Below, piece by piece: positions 32,492 to 46,535 of a DNA stretch of 64,000 nt. Position 1 is the stretch's first letter; every line of letters begins with the position of its first letter. This stretch comes from Flectonema sp. DT1601 (taxonomy: Eukaryota). The notes below the pieces were generated by a model. The model did no database searches. It had not been told where the DNA came from and saw nothing but the letters and a program-made list of their open reading frames with translations. The position numbers and the translations under genes are program-made. The stretch is from positions 1,798,001-1,862,000 of the forward strand of contig OZ025780.1 in the NCBI GenBank assembly GCA_964019425.1, in the 5' to 3' direction.

Positions 32492-33331
32492 ATGTTCAAC
32501 TCAACATACGTGATGGTGGTCATGATTTGGGCTTTGTCCCACATGATGTCATCGGGAGCAGACACCGTGGTGAAGGTGAAGATGATGACGGAGACCAACG
32601 ACGTTGACGAGTGTCTGTCCGACCCCTGCGGTCCGGAACAGACTTGTTACGACCCGAACACGTCGGCAGAGTCATTGGGCGACTTCAGATGCAGGTGCCC
32701 AATGTACTCGTACGGTTGCGTGATGCAGAATTCTGTACTTGACTTACAGAATGCTGTTGCAACCAACGCCGTGGATTCTATCCGCAAGGTGTACTCTTAT
32801 ACTCTGTCGTACACAACTGTCGATGAGTGCGAGTTACTAAATCCTTGTAACTCCAGACAGACTTGCGTGGATCCGAACACGGCCGGCAACTCTCTAGACG
32901 ACTTCACCTGTGCCTGTGCAGCTGACGATTACTGGTGCTCTGCGGAAATCATTTACGTCGACTGTTGGAACTTCCTTTCTGGTGTCGCCGATTACGCCAA
33001 ACATTGCGTGGGCTTTGTGTGTTACAACTCCGCTCTGCGTGGTGGTCAGGTAGCGTGGATCTGTTTCACTGAGATCCACGGCTACGCACCTCGCCTGACA
33101 AACTTGTTCTGTGGGTACGTCCTCTTTTCGGCCACGTTCACGTGGTTTTTTGGAGCGCGTATGATGCAAGGACGTGGCAACGCCACCCACAACGGGTTCC
33201 GAGCAAGCTTCGTCTTCTTGTTCGCGAGAACCTTTGTCATGTCCTTGTGTCAGCTCCACAGGCTGGTCTGTTGGCTGGCTGCGGTACTCGGCAGAAGGTT
33301 CCGAGGAAGAAGACATCTTCTTGAGGGATGA
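32492..33331 (+). CDS. Secreted/membrane protein with two EGF-like (cbEGF-type) domains, copy 1
   Basis: ATG after an A-run, signal-like MFNSTYVMVVMIWALS. Domains DVDECLSDPCGPEQTCYDPNTSAESLGDFRCRC and TVDECELLNPCNSRQTCVDPNTAGNSLDDFTCAC. Hydrophobic C-terminal segments and an Arg-rich tail. Confidence 0.8.
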   Translation: MFNSTYVMVVMIWALSHMMSSGADTVVKVKMMTETNDVDECLSDPCGPEQTCYDPNTSAESLGDFRCRCPMYSYGCVMQNSVLDLQNAVATNAVDSIRKVYSYTLSYTTVDECELLNPCNSRQTCVDPNTAGNSLDDFTCACAADDYWCSAEIIYVDCWNFLSGVADYAKHCVGFVCYNSALRGGQVAWICFTEIHGYAPRLTNLFCGYVLFSATFTWFFGARMMQGRGNATHNGFRASFVFLFARTFVMSLCQLHRLVCWLAAVLGRRFRGRRHLLEG

Positions 33332-33392
33332 ATCTTTTACAACAAAAGAAAAGAAGGAAAACACAATGATCTGATCAAGAAAAAAAACAAAC

Positions 33393-33424
<32 letters not shown>

Positions 33425-35408
33425 CTTCTCGTTCCCCTTTTTCCCCTAAATTATGTTGCGCCGTTTCTTTTTTCTTTTTTTTTTTTTTTTTTGAATGATT
33501 TTCGTTTTGGTTCTTAAAAAGAATAGGCTTTGTCTTCTGTACACAAAAAAAAAACGAAAAAACAAAAAATAAGCGACCTTTGTACCAACTTCCCTTTAAC
33601 CCAATTAATATGTGCGTATTTTTATTCAAAAAAAAAAAGAAACAAAACGATCGACACCAACAAAAAAAAAAAAAAAAAAAAAAGATATCAAAATTTACCG
33701 CACACTTTTCTTTTTTTTCATTCATCCTTCCTGTTTTCCTTCCTGTTGTGAAGAAATACCGTATAAAACCTTGAAGAAAATTAACTAGCTCTGCCGTGAG
33801 AGAGAGAGAACCATGTTTTTTTTTCGTTTGAAGTTCAAAGAAAAATGGTTCTGTCTTTTTTTTGAAAGTTGTTTTCTAGTTTTTAGATTCCGCTTCTTCA
33901 TTTCTGACAGCTGCAATTGCATTGCTGCTTTTGTGAATTAAGGTAGGTGAGATGGATTTCCTTTACACGAACTTCTTTTCTTTTTTTTTCCCCCGACAAG
34001 TAGTAGTAGAAAGTACGGGCCATTCACATTTGGGTTAGTAAGTTGTTGTCGTTGTTGTTGTCTTGTCGTCGAGCGAGAGAGTACAACTACTCTCTCGGCC
34101 GATAGATGAGATTAAATAAATGAATAAATATATAAATAGGAAGTAAGAATCGGATACTAATCATTTTTGAGAAGTATTCAGTTGTATTGGACTTCTGAAA
34201 CTAAAAATAAAATAATAATAAAAAACATAAAAAACATTCGTTTCATTTTCATTTTCATTTTCATTTTACTCATAACCAACAACAAGAAATTTTCTTTAAC
34301 AACACGGGGACGAGATGTGAATGGTCTTTTGGAGAATTGTGTCGGATTTTATTTTATTTTATTTCATTTTTTTTGCTGGCACACGAAAACTAATAAACGC
34401 ACTGAAAGAAGGAAAACCGGAACCCGGAAGTTGCAACTCCGATGCTCTGGCTCTTCACTTCGACGAACAACAAAAGGCTGAAAAGAGAGAATATTATTAT
34501 TTTCTTGATTTGCTTTGAGATTGTGGAGTTTTTGTGTCCAATTTTTCATTTCTTCTTTTCAATTTAACAAAAAATAAAAATAAAGAAACCTTAAAAAATT
34601 TAAAAAACAAAAAAAGATCCCATCCCTCGGTACCAGTCGCGGAAAAAACGTTTATTTTCTCTTGGCAGTGCACGTCTGGAGAGACGACCTGCAAAGGCTC
34701 TCTCTCTCTGGCATTCACCCATGAGGAGATTGTATACCTTTCTTTACTTTGTTTTTTATACCTTTCTTAACTTTGTTTTGTATACCTTTCTTTATTTGTT
34801 TTGTATACCATTCTTTACTTTGTTTTGTATACCTTTCTTAACTTTGTTTTATATACCTTTCTTTATTTGTTTTGTATACCTTTCTTTATTTGTTATGTGT
34901 ACCATTCTTTGCTTTGTTTTGTATACCTTTCTTAACTTTGTTTTATATACCTTTCTTTATTTGTTTTGTATACCTTTCTTAACTTTGTTTTATATACCTT
35001 TCTTAACTTTGTTTTATATACCTTTCTTTATTTGTTTTGTATACCTTTCTTTATTTGTTTTGTGTACCTTTCTTTGCTTTGTTTTGGATACCTTTCTTTA
35101 TTTGTTTCCGCGGGAGGGAAGGCGCACGCTGCCGACCGATCCCCCCGCTCCAATGTTGTTCTCGTTGATGTTGTGGATGTGATGGTCCAGTCTGCTGTCT
35201 TCCTTTTTTTTTTTCCCCTTCTCTTTTCTCTCACTCTCTCGCGGTGGCAAGTGCTCTGGTCTTTTGAGAGGCTGGGAAAAAGGAAAACCAGTTTTGCTGA
35301 TTTTCACCCTTTTTTTTTGTTTTTACTGCGAGAGAGACGGAACGAGAGATACAGAGAGAGAGAGAGAGAGAGTGACAATGCAAAGAAAACAAAACTGACC
35401 TTTTACGT

Positions 35409-35457
<49 letters not shown>

Positions 35458-36025
35458 AAAAAAACAATTTCACCCTGGTTTTGTTTGTGCTGCTCCTCGA
35501 TCATAGGGATACTCTTGCGGCAGTTGTCGAGTATCCCGTAAAAACTACCACAACAAAAACAACAAAAACATTTACCAACTCGATTCTCACTTCCTGTTCC
35601 TTGGTGAGTTTTAGCAAAAGCTGACCAACTCGACTCACGCAGCAGCTGCAGTTCCTCGCCGAGACGGAACCAGCCTCAATGATCCGAGTTGAGCGCCCAC
35701 TCAGTTGGTCATCGGAGTGTAGTTATCAGCGGATTTCCTGGTTTCTCGCACAGAGAGCCAGGTTTCCCAACATAGCAACGCTTGTGGCAAAACTTGTCGT
35801 GGGAGGCTACTCGGGATTGGAGGTTGGCAGGTAAATGGGGGAAGCGAATGAAGAGAGGAGGAGACGCACGAGAGAGAATGGCAATATGTATGCGAGTGAG
35901 CCAGCTGCTGTGCTGCTGTGATTTGATTGGTATTTTTGCTAAGCAGTGTATTTCTTGCTCTGTGAACTGTTTTTGATGTTCAGGACGTGTTCATATTACT
36001 GAGGAAGGAGCCACCATCTGAGATC

Positions 36026-36057
<32 letters not shown>

Positions 36058-36248
36058 GGTGGTGTGCGGTTAAATCTCTAATTTTGGTAAATGAAATTCA
36101 ATCTTTTGCAGCAATATACTTATCGTCTCTCTCTCTGTGACATTTTCGATTTAGAAAAAGTAAAATCCTGTGATCAGTACTGCTTTCATTCGTCACCCAT
36201 GTGGGTTGTTGTTGTCTTGTCTTTTTTCTTCTTTTTTTTCGTGCCTGC

Positions 36249-36311
<63 letters not shown>

Positions 36312-37604
36312 GATGACGGCCTCACGGCAGTTACAAGTCTTCGGGAGTGGGGGGTTGTGTGATTCCTTCTTCACGCAGGAGTCACGCCCCCCTGGTGAGA
36401 AATAATAATAATAAAACTAACAATGATAATGATAATATTGTACTTTTGTATAGGTACTGTATTGTAATAACGCGATTGTTTTGCAATGTAATCAGTTCAC
36501 TTTCACATTTCAATTCCCCAAATGACCTTCCCGGCGCAACATTTCTTTATTTTCTTTTTTTTAAATAATTTTTATAAACACTTTCTTTTCGTTGATTTCG
36601 TACCTTTCTTTTAAAGTCTAGCGAATGGCATTCCTTCCGTGGTGATTCCCCTGAACGCACAAACAAATACGCCTTGCGTGTCGGGGGGAAAGGTTTTGCC
36701 GCTGACTTTAGGTTATTAATTTGTTGTTTGTTCTGTTAGTTTGTTTGCAATCATTCTTTCTTCTTTTTGTTATCAGGAAGGACATGTCACAAGTGATGTG
36801 GTGGAGAGGAAGTGGGGGGAGGAGAGTAAGTTAAGTGGAAAATGGTACCACTTGCCGTGTGATGGAAGGAGGGATCGTTGAGAGGGCTTTGCGGTGATGG
36901 TGACATGAGAGGGTGTTTGCAATTTTGTAACTTTTGTATATTTTTCAATTTTTTTTAACAGGAGCTGAACTTATGATGAGGTGAGCAGAAGCTTCACTAA
37001 ACCTCCTCGCGGTGTGTGTGTATGCATGTATGTGTGTGTTGTGTGTTGTGTATTGTTTGTTGAAACTCTGACGAGTTCTCATTACCCTTTGTGTGTGTGT
37101 TGTGTGTTCATACGTGTAGTTTGAGTGCTCGTGTGTCTGTGTCAGATGTTTCTGTGAAACTATTTCTTTTGCCTTCCTTGGTTTTACTGAACTTGTTCTT
37201 CGTGTTGTGATTTGTGATTTGTGGTGAAGTTGTTGTGTTGTGTTTGTGTTGGAATTAAGTGTCGTGTTGTTTAACTCTGATGAGTTCTTATTGTGGTTTG
37301 AGTGCTCGTGATTTTTGCACGTGTTTCGTTTTTGAGTGCCCATTGGTTTGTGTGTGTCGCGTGTCCCGGGGGGTGGGGATGTTTGATGTGTGTGTGGAAC
37401 TATTTCTTATTGATTGTTAACCATAAATCTGCTTTTTAAGATTTTACACCTTTCCTTGATTGAACTGAACTTGCTTCGTGTTGTGATTTGTGGTGAAGTT
37501 CGATAAGTGACGTGGGAGTGGAATGCTTTATGTGGGTATGTTTTTGTTATATCAATATTTCCCGCCTTCAGCCGCAAACAGTTTTTTTTATTAAAAAAAA
37601 AAAA

Positions 37605-38444
37605 ATGTTCAACTCAACATACGTGATGGTGGTCATGATTTGGGCTTTGTCCCACATGATGTCATCGGGAGCAGACACCGTGGTGAAGGTGAAGATGATG
37701 ACGGAGACCAACGACGTTGACGAGTGTCTGTCCGACCCCTGCGGTCCGGAACAGACTTGTTACGACCCGAACACGTCGGCAGAGTCATTGGGCGACTTCA
37801 GATGCAGGTGCCCAATGTACTCGTACGGTTGCGTGATGCAGAATTCTGTACTTGACTTACAGAATGCTGTTGCAACCAACGCCGTGGATTCTATCCGCAA
37901 GGTGTACTCTTATACTCTGTCGTACACAACTGTCGATGAGTGCGAGTTACTAAATCCTTGTAACTCCAGACAGACTTGCGTGGATCCGAACACGGCCGGC
38001 AACTCTCTAGACGACTTCACCTGTGCCTGTGCAGCTGACGATTACTGGTGCTCTGCGGAAATCATTTACGTCGACTGTTGGAACTTCCTTTCTGGTGTCG
38101 CCGATTACGCCAAACATTGCGTGGGCTTTGTGTGTTACAACTCCGCTCTGCGTGGTGGTCAGGTAGCGTGGATCTGTTTCACTGAGATCCACGGCTACGC
38201 ACCTCGCCTGACAAACTTGTTCTGTGGGTACGTCCTCTTTTCGGCCACGTTCACGTGGTTTTTTGGAGCGCGTATGATGCAAGGACGTGGCAACGCCACC
38301 CACAACGGGTTCCGAGCAAGCTTCGTCTTCTTGTTCGCGAGAACCTTTGTCATGTCCTTGTGTCAGCTCCACAGGCTGGTCTGTTGGCTGGCTGCGGTAC
38401 TCGGCAGAAGGTTCCGAGGAAGAAGACATCTTCTTGAGGGATGA
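37605..38444 (+). CDS. EGF-like domain protein, copy 2
   Basis: Protein identical to copy 1. Confidence 0.8.
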   Translation: MFNSTYVMVVMIWALSHMMSSGADTVVKVKMMTETNDVDECLSDPCGPEQTCYDPNTSAESLGDFRCRCPMYSYGCVMQNSVLDLQNAVATNAVDSIRKVYSYTLSYTTVDECELLNPCNSRQTCVDPNTAGNSLDDFTCACAADDYWCSAEIIYVDCWNFLSGVADYAKHCVGFVCYNSALRGGQVAWICFTEIHGYAPRLTNLFCGYVLFSATFTWFFGARMMQGRGNATHNGFRASFVFLFARTFVMSLCQLHRLVCWLAAVLGRRFRGRRHLLEG

Positions 38445-38505
38445 ATCTTTTACAACAAAAGAAAAGAAGGAAAACACAATGATCTGATCAAGAAAAAAAA
38501 CAAAC

Positions 38506-38537
<32 letters not shown>

Positions 38538-40521
38538 CTTCTCGTTCCCCTTTTTCCCCTAAATTATGTTGCGCCGTTTCTTTTTTCTTTTTTTTTTTTT
38601 TTTTTGAATGATTTTCGTTTTGGTTCTTAAAAAGAATAGGCTTTGTCTTCTGTACACAAAAAAAAAACGAAAAAACAAAAAATAAGCGACCTTTGTACCA
38701 ACTTCCCTTTAACCCAATTAATATGTGCGTATTTTTATTCAAAAAAAAAAAGAAACAAAACGATCGACACCAACAAAAAAAAAAAAAAAAAAAAAAGATA
38801 TCAAAATTTACCGCACACTTTTCTTTTTTTTCATTCATCCTTCCTGTTTTCCTTCCTGTTGTGAAGAAATACCGTATAAAACCTTGAAGAAAATTAACTA
38901 GCTCTGCCGTGAGAGAGAGAGAACCATGTTTTTTTTTCGTTTGAAGTTCAAAGAAAAATGGTTCTGTCTTTTTTTTGAAAGTTGTTTTCTAGTTTTTAGA
39001 TTCCGCTTCTTCATTTCTGACAGCTGCAATTGCATTGCTGCTTTTGTGAATTAAGGTAGGTGAGATGGATTTCCTTTACACGAACTTCTTTTCTTTTTTT
39101 TTCCCCCGACAAGTAGTAGTAGAAAGTACGGGCCATTCACATTTGGGTTAGTAAGTTGTTGTCGTTGTTGTTGTCTTGTCGTCGAGCGAGAGAGTACAAC
39201 TACTCTCTCGGCCGATAGATGAGATTAAATAAATGAATAAATATATAAATAGGAAGTAAGAATCGGATACTAATCATTTTTGAGAAGTATTCAGTTGTAT
39301 TGGACTTCTGAAACTAAAAATAAAATAATAATAAAAAACATAAAAAACATTCGTTTCATTTTCATTTTCATTTTCATTTTACTCATAACCAACAACAAGA
39401 AATTTTCTTTAACAACACGGGGACGAGATGTGAATGGTCTTTTGGAGAATTGTGTCGGATTTTATTTTATTTTATTTCATTTTTTTTGCTGGCACACGAA
39501 AACTAATAAACGCACTGAAAGAAGGAAAACCGGAACCCGGAAGTTGCAACTCCGATGCTCTGGCTCTTCACTTCGACGAACAACAAAAGGCTGAAAAGAG
39601 AGAATATTATTATTTTCTTGATTTGCTTTGAGATTGTGGAGTTTTTGTGTCCAATTTTTCATTTCTTCTTTTCAATTTAACAAAAAATAAAAATAAAGAA
39701 ACCTTAAAAAATTTAAAAAACAAAAAAAGATCCCATCCCTCGGTACCAGTCGCGGAAAAAACGTTTATTTTCTCTTGGCAGTGCACGTCTGGAGAGACGA
39801 CCTGCAAAGGCTCTCTCTCTCTGGCATTCACCCATGAGGAGATTGTATACCTTTCTTTACTTTGTTTTTTATACCTTTCTTAACTTTGTTTTGTATACCT
39901 TTCTTTATTTGTTTTGTATACCATTCTTTACTTTGTTTTGTATACCTTTCTTAACTTTGTTTTATATACCTTTCTTTATTTGTTTTGTATACCTTTCTTT
40001 ATTTGTTATGTGTACCATTCTTTGCTTTGTTTTGTATACCTTTCTTAACTTTGTTTTATATACCTTTCTTTATTTGTTTTGTATACCTTTCTTAACTTTG
40101 TTTTATATACCTTTCTTAACTTTGTTTTATATACCTTTCTTTATTTGTTTTGTATACCTTTCTTTATTTGTTTTGTGTACCTTTCTTTGCTTTGTTTTGG
40201 ATACCTTTCTTTATTTGTTTCCGCGGGAGGGAAGGCGCACGCTGCCGACCGATCCCCCCGCTCCAATGTTGTTCTCGTTGATGTTGTGGATGTGATGGTC
40301 CAGTCTGCTGTCTTCCTTTTTTTTTTTCCCCTTCTCTTTTCTCTCACTCTCTCGCGGTGGCAAGTGCTCTGGTCTTTTGAGAGGCTGGGAAAAAGGAAAA
40401 CCAGTTTTGCTGATTTTCACCCTTTTTTTTTGTTTTTACTGCGAGAGAGACGGAACGAGAGATACAGAGAGAGAGAGAGAGAGAGTGACAATGCAAAGAA
40501 AACAAAACTGACCTTTTACGT

Positions 40522-40580
<59 letters not shown>

Positions 40581-41148
40581 AAAAAAACAATTTCACCCTG
40601 GTTTTGTTTGTGCTGCTCCTCGATCATAGGGATACTCTTGCGGCAGTTGTCGAGTATCCCGTAAAAACTACCACAACAAAAACAACAAAAACATTTACCA
40701 ACTCGATTCTCACTTCCTGTTCCTTGGTGAGTTTTAGCAAAAGCTGACCAACTCGACTCACGCAGCAGCTGCAGTTCCTCGCCGAGACGGAACCAGCCTC
40801 AATGATCCGAGTTGAGCGCCCACTCAGTTGGTCATCGGAGTGTAGTTATCAGCGGATTTCCTGGTTTCTCGCACAGAGAGCCAGGTTTCCCAACATAGCA
40901 ACGCTTGTGGCAAAACTTGTCGTGGGAGGCTACTCGGGATTGGAGGTTGGCAGGTAAATGGGGGAAGCGAATGAAGAGAGGAGGAGACGCACGAGAGAGA
41001 ATGGCAATATGTATGCGAGTGAGCCAGCTGCTGTGCTGCTGTGATTTGATTGGTATTTTTGCTAAGCAGTGTATTTCTTGCTCTGTGAACTGTTTTTGAT
41101 GTTCAGGACGTGTTCATATTACTGAGGAAGGAGCCACCATCTGAGATC

Positions 41149-41180
<32 letters not shown>

Positions 41181-41371
41181 GGTGGTGTGCGGTTAAATCT
41201 CTAATTTTGGTAAATGAAATTCAATCTTTTGCAGCAATATACTTATCGTCTCTCTCTCTGTGACATTTTCGATTTAGAAAAAGTAAAATCCTGTGATCAG
41301 TACTGCTTTCATTCGTCACCCATGTGGGTTGTTGTTGTCTTGTCTTTTTTCTTCTTTTTTTTCGTGCCTGC

Positions 41372-41434
<63 letters not shown>

Positions 41435-42727
41435 GATGACGGCCTCACGGCAGTTACAAGTCTTCGGGAGTGGGGGGTTGTGTGATTCCTTCTTCACGCA
41501 GGAGTCACGCCCCCCTGGTGAGAAATAATAATAATAAAACTAACAATGATAATGATAATATTGTACTTTTGTATAGGTACTGTATTGTAATAACGCGATT
41601 GTTTTGCAATGTAATCAGTTCACTTTCACATTTCAATTCCCCAAATGACCTTCCCGGCGCAACATTTCTTTATTTTCTTTTTTTTAAATAATTTTTATAA
41701 ACACTTTCTTTTCGTTGATTTCGTACCTTTCTTTTAAAGTCTAGCGAATGGCATTCCTTCCGTGGTGATTCCCCTGAACGCACAAACAAATACGCCTTGC
41801 GTGTCGGGGGGAAAGGTTTTGCCGCTGACTTTAGGTTATTAATTTGTTGTTTGTTCTGTTAGTTTGTTTGCAATCATTCTTTCTTCTTTTTGTTATCAGG
41901 AAGGACATGTCACAAGTGATGTGGTGGAGAGGAAGTGGGGGGAGGAGAGTAAGTTAAGTGGAAAATGGTACCACTTGCCGTGTGATGGAAGGAGGGATCG
42001 TTGAGAGGGCTTTGCGGTGATGGTGACATGAGAGGGTGTTTGCAATTTTGTAACTTTTGTATATTTTTCAATTTTTTTTAACAGGAGCTGAACTTATGAT
42101 GAGGTGAGCAGAAGCTTCACTAAACCTCCTCGCGGTGTGTGTGTATGCATGTATGTGTGTGTTGTGTGTTGTGTATTGTTTGTTGAAACTCTGACGAGTT
42201 CTCATTACCCTTTGTGTGTGTGTTGTGTGTTCATACGTGTAGTTTGAGTGCTCGTGTGTCTGTGTCAGATGTTTCTGTGAAACTATTTCTTTTGCCTTCC
42301 TTGGTTTTACTGAACTTGTTCTTCGTGTTGTGATTTGTGATTTGTGGTGAAGTTGTTGTGTTGTGTTTGTGTTGGAATTAAGTGTCGTGTTGTTTAACTC
42401 TGATGAGTTCTTATTGTGGTTTGAGTGCTCGTGATTTTTGCACGTGTTTCGTTTTTGAGTGCCCATTGGTTTGTGTGTGTCGCGTGTCCCGGGGGGTGGG
42501 GATGTTTGATGTGTGTGTGGAACTATTTCTTATTGATTGTTAACCATAAATCTGCTTTTTAAGATTTTACACCTTTCCTTGATTGAACTGAACTTGCTTC
42601 GTGTTGTGATTTGTGGTGAAGTTCGATAAGTGACGTGGGAGTGGAATGCTTTATGTGGGTATGTTTTTGTTATATCAATATTTCCCGCCTTCAGCCGCAA
42701 ACAGTTTTTTTTATTAAAAAAAAAAAA

Positions 42728-43567
42728 ATGTTCAACTCAACATACGTGATGGTGGTCATGATTTGGGCTTTGTCCCACATGATGTCATCGGGAGCAGACA
42801 CCGTGGTGAAGGTGAAGATGATGACGGAGACCAACGACGTTGACGAGTGTCTGTCCGACCCCTGCGGTCCGGAACAGACTTGTTACGACCCGAACACGTC
42901 GGCAGAGTCATTGGGCGACTTCAGATGCAGGTGCCCAATGTACTCGTACGGTTGCGTGATGCAGAATTCTGTACTTGACTTACAGAATGCTGTTGCAACC
43001 AACGCCGTGGATTCTATCCGCAAGGTGTACTCTTATACTCTGTCGTACACAACTGTCGATGAGTGCGAGTTACTAAATCCTTGTAACTCCAGACAGACTT
43101 GCGTGGATCCGAACACGGCCGGCAACTCTCTAGACGACTTCACCTGTGCCTGTGCAGCTGACGATTACTGGTGCTCTGCGGAAATCATTTACGTCGACTG
43201 TTGGAACTTCCTTTCTGGTGTCGCCGATTACGCCAAACATTGCGTGGGCTTTGTGTGTTACAACTCCGCTCTGCGTGGTGGTCAGGTAGCGTGGATCTGT
43301 TTCACTGAGATCCACGGCTACGCACCTCGCCTGACAAACTTGTTCTGTGGGTACGTCCTCTTTTCGGCCACGTTCACGTGGTTTTTTGGAGCGCGTATGA
43401 TGCAAGGACGTGGCAACGCCACCCACAACGGGTTCCGAGCAAGCTTCGTCTTCTTGTTCGCGAGAACCTTTGTCATGTCCTTGTGTCAGCTCCACAGGCT
43501 GGTCTGTTGGCTGGCTGCGGTACTCGGCAGAAGGTTCCGAGGAAGAAGACATCTTCTTGAGGGATGA
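42728..43567 (+). CDS. EGF-like domain protein, copy 3
   Basis: Protein identical to copy 1. Confidence 0.8.
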   Translation: MFNSTYVMVVMIWALSHMMSSGADTVVKVKMMTETNDVDECLSDPCGPEQTCYDPNTSAESLGDFRCRCPMYSYGCVMQNSVLDLQNAVATNAVDSIRKVYSYTLSYTTVDECELLNPCNSRQTCVDPNTAGNSLDDFTCACAADDYWCSAEIIYVDCWNFLSGVADYAKHCVGFVCYNSALRGGQVAWICFTEIHGYAPRLTNLFCGYVLFSATFTWFFGARMMQGRGNATHNGFRASFVFLFARTFVMSLCQLHRLVCWLAAVLGRRFRGRRHLLEG

Positions 43568-43628
43568 ATCTTTTACAACAAAAGAAAAGAAGGAAAACAC
43601 AATGATCTGATCAAGAAAAAAAACAAAC

Positions 43629-43659
<31 letters not shown>

Positions 43660-45644
43660 CTTCTCGTTCCCCTTTTTCCCCTAAATTATGTTGCGCCGTT
43701 TCTTTTTTCTTTTTTTTTTTTTTTTTTGAATGATTTTCGTTTTGGTTCTTAAAAAGAATAGGCTTTGTCTTCTGTACACAAAAAAAAAACGAAAAAACAA
43801 AAAATAAGCGACCTTTGTACCAACTTCCCTTTAACCCAATTAATATGTGCGTATTTTTATTCAAAAAAAAAAAGAAACAAAACGATCGACACCAACAAAA
43901 AAAAAAAAAAAAAAAAAAAGATATCAAAATTTACCGCACACTTTTCTTTTTTTTCATTCATCCTTCCTGTTTTCCTTCCTGTTGTGAAGAAATACCGTAT
44001 AAAACCTTGAAGAAAATTAACTAGCTCTGCCGTGAGAGAGAGAGAACCATGTTTTTTTTTCGTTTGAAGTTCAAAGAAAAATGGTTCTGTCTTTTTTTTG
44101 AAAGTTGTTTTCTAGTTTTTAGATTCCGCTTCTTCATTTCTGACAGCTGCAATTGCATTGCTGCTTTTGTGAATTAAGGTAGGTGAGATGGATTTCCTTT
44201 ACACGAACTTCTTTTCTTTTTTTTTCCCCCGACAAGTAGTAGTAGAAAGTACGGGCCATTCACATTTGGGTTAGTAAGTTGTTGTCGTTGTTGTTGTCTT
44301 GTCGTCGAGCGAGAGAGTACAACTACTCTCTCGGCCGATAGATGAGATTAAATAAATGAATAAATATATAAATAGGAAGTAAGAATCGGATACTAATCAT
44401 TTTTGAGAAGTATTCAGTTGTATTGGACTTCTGAAACTAAAAATAAAATAATAATAAAAAACATAAAAAACATTCGTTTCATTTTCATTTTCATTTTCAT
44501 TTTACTCATAACCAACAACAAGAAATTTTCTTTAACAACACGGGGACGAGATGTGAATGGTCTTTTGGAGAATTGTGTCGGATTTTATTTTATTTTATTT
44601 CATTTTTTTTGCTGGCACACGAAAACTAATAAACGCACTGAAAGAAGGAAAACCGGAACCCGGAAGTTGCAACTCCGATGCTCTGGCTCTTCACTTCGAC
44701 GAACAACAAAAGGCTGAAAAGAGAGAATATTATTATTTTCTTGATTTGCTTTGAGATTGTGGAGTTTTTGTGTCCAATTTTTCATTTCTTCTTTTCAATT
44801 TAACAAAAAATAAAAATAAAGAAACCTTAAAAAATTTAAAAAACAAAAAAAGATCCCATCCCTCGGTACCAGTCGCGGAAAAAACGTTTATTTTCTCTTG
44901 GCAGTGCACGTCTGGAGAGACGACCTGCAAAGGCTCTCTCTCTCTGGCATTCACCCATGAGGAGATTGTATACCTTTCTTTACTTTGTTTTTTATACCTT
45001 TCTTAACTTTGTTTTGTATACCTTTCTTTATTTGTTTTGTATACCATTCTTTACTTTGTTTTGTATACCTTTCTTAACTTTGTTTTATATACCTTTCTTT
45101 ATTTGTTTTGTATACCTTTCTTTATTTGTTATGTGTACCATTCTTTGCTTTGTTTTGTATACCTTTCTTAACTTTGTTTTATATACCTTTCTTTATTTGT
45201 TTTGTATACCTTTCTTAACTTTGTTTTATATACCTTTCTTAACTTTGTTTTATATACCTTTCTTTATTTGTTTTGTATACCTTTCTTTATTTGTTTTGTG
45301 TACCTTTCTTTGCTTTGTTTTGGATACCTTTCTTTATTTGTTTCCGCGGGAGGGAAGGCGCACGCTGCCGACCGATCCCCCCGCTCCAATGTTGTTCTCG
45401 TTGATGTTGTGGATGTGATGGTCCAGTCTGCTGTCTTCCTTTTTTTTTTTCCCCTTCTCTTTTCTCTCACTCTCTCGCGGTGGCAAGTGCTCTGGTCTTT
45501 TGAGAGGCTGGGAAAAAGGAAAACCAGTTTTGCTGATTTTCACCCTTTTTTTTTGTTTTTACTGCGAGAGAGACGGAACGAGAGATACAGAGAGAGAGAG
45601 AGAGAGAGTGACAATGCAAAGAAAACAAAACTGACCTTTTACGT

Positions 45645-45693
<49 letters not shown>

Positions 45694-46261
45694 AAAAAAA
45701 CAATTTCACCCTGGTTTTGTTTGTGCTGCTCCTCGATCATAGGGATACTCTTGCGGCAGTTGTCGAGTATCCCGTAAAAACTACCACAACAAAAACAACA
45801 AAAACATTTACCAACTCGATTCTCACTTCCTGTTCCTTGGTGAGTTTTAGCAAAAGCTGACCAACTCGACTCACGCAGCAGCTGCAGTTCCTCGCCGAGA
45901 CGGAACCAGCCTCAATGATCCGAGTTGAGCGCCCACTCAGTTGGTCATCGGAGTGTAGTTATCAGCGGATTTCCTGGTTTCTCGCACAGAGAGCCAGGTT
46001 TCCCAACATAGCAACGCTTGTGGCAAAACTTGTCGTGGGAGGCTACTCGGGATTGGAGGTTGGCAGGTAAATGGGGGAAGCGAATGAAGAGAGGAGGAGA
46101 CGCACGAGAGAGAATGGCAATATGTATGCGAGTGAGCCAGCTGCTGTGCTGCTGTGATTTGATTGGTATTTTTGCTAAGCAGTGTATTTCTTGCTCTGTG
46201 AACTGTTTTTGATGTTCAGGACGTGTTCATATTACTGAGGAAGGAGCCACCATCTGAGATC

Positions 46262-46293
<32 letters not shown>

Positions 46294-46484
46294 GGTGGTG
46301 TGCGGTTAAATCTCTAATTTTGGTAAATGAAATTCAATCTTTTGCAGCAATATACTTATCGTCTCTCTCTCTGTGACATTTTCGATTTAGAAAAAGTAAA
46401 ATCCTGTGATCAGTACTGCTTTCATTCGTCACCCATGTGGGTTGTTGTTGTCTTGTCTTTTTTCTTCTTTTTTTTCGTGCCTGC

Positions 46485-46535
<51 letters not shown>

